Origin: a virus
Taxonomy: Duplodnaviria; Heunggongvirae; Uroviricota; Caudoviricetes
Virus record (IMG/VR): IMGVR_UViG_2548876946_000006
Coordinates: 1 to 5,164 of that record
Strand: one strand, 5' to 3'
DNA length: 5,164 nt
Part shown: positions 4,967 through 5,164 of the stretch, in pieces
How the letters are laid out: each line of letters starts with the position of its first letter
Numbering within the stretch: position 1 is the stretch's first letter
The notes under the pieces: generated by a model
The model's input: the letters and a program-made list of their open reading frames with translations, nothing else
Told to the model about the DNA's origin: nothing
Databases searched by the model: none
Program-made: the position numbers and the translations under genes

Positions 4967-5164
4967 CTAATAAAATACCCAATTTTCTGTTTCTTGGTTG
5001 TGTCCAAAGTTATATTCAATATCTGGTGTTGATGTATCAATATTCTTCATACCATCAACAAGAGTTGATACAACAGCCAAATCTTGTTTGATTCTCATTA
5101 AATGGTATTTCTTCCGGCGCAATAAACTTTCAATGGCAAGTTTCTTCGTTGGGAATGCAAAAGA
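4967..5164 (-). CDS. 3' end of a hypothetical AT-rich gene that is 5'-truncated by the window edge (at least 65 codons in the window)
   Basis: The minus-strand frame is open from the window end to TAG at 4967-4969: SFAFPTKKLAIESLLRRKKYHLMRIKQDLAVVSTLVDGMKNIDTSTPDIEYNFGHNQETENWVFY. It is missing from the ORF track, probably because the only in-window ATG gives 43 aa. It does not resemble lambda Ral. AT-rich. Confidence 0.4.
   Translation of the reverse strand, partial: SFAFPTKKLAIESLLRRKKYHLMRIKQDLAVVSTLVDGMKNIDTSTPDIEYNFGHNQETENWVFY

Larger units (their letters stand above)
1..5164 (-). mobile_element. Segment of a lambdoid phage/prophage early-left (pL) operon: lambda-type Red recombination module plus flanking accessory genes
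   Basis: Contiguous minus-strand genes whose products match lambda Ea10, CIII, Kil, Gam, Bet and Exo in the same order, spacing and overlaps as in lambda (exo/bet ATGA overlap, kil inside gam 5' end, cIII/kil 32-nt overlap). Identity is from recalled protein sequences, not from a database search. Confidence 0.9.

Noticed and set aside
4878-5164. Possible nutL (boxA/boxB) site or ral gene at the right end
   Set aside because: No CGCTCTTA-like boxA followed by a GCCCTGAAAAAGGGC-like boxB hairpin is present, and the truncated ORF does not resemble Ral. In lambda, nutL lies further upstream, beyond this window.
1-5164. CRISPR arrays, tRNA/rRNA genes, insertion-sequence inverted repeats
   Set aside because: There are no regularly spaced direct repeats, no cloverleaf-compatible segments and no terminal inverted repeats flanking a transposase-like ORF. 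The only repeats are the short hairpins and the TTTTCTCC motif already listed.

Overview
The window is the early-left (pL-side) region of a lambdoid phage or prophage, with almost everything transcribed on the minus strand. The core (about 2169-4877) is a lambda-type recombination/early module in lambda gene order: ea10(ssb) - cIII - kil - gam - bet - exo - a small orf60a-like gene. The translated Bet, Exo, Gam, Kil and CIII proteins match my recollection of the phage lambda proteins nearly residue for residue, with the same overlapping-gene geometry. cIII (54 aa) and the orf60a-like gene (52 aa) are below the ORF-track cutoff and were found by hand translation. Downstream of exo, synteny with lambda appears to end: a 250-aa protein whose motif order resembles a stripped-down tRNA-guanine transglycosylase (TGT/DpdA-like) is translationally coupled to a 71-aa unknown protein, followed by a hairpin terminator and a TraR/DksA-type zinc-finger gene. 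At the left end an AT-rich, convergently oriented plus-strand gene encodes a 200-aa predicted membrane protein, and at the right end a 5'-truncated AT-rich minus-strand ORF runs off the window. Three further hairpin terminator candidates lie in the leftward operon. The most interesting candidate is the TGT-like gene as a possible DNA 7-deazaguanine modification (anti-restriction) enzyme, but this rests on motif reading only. No rRNA, tRNA, CRISPR array, att site or nut site was found.
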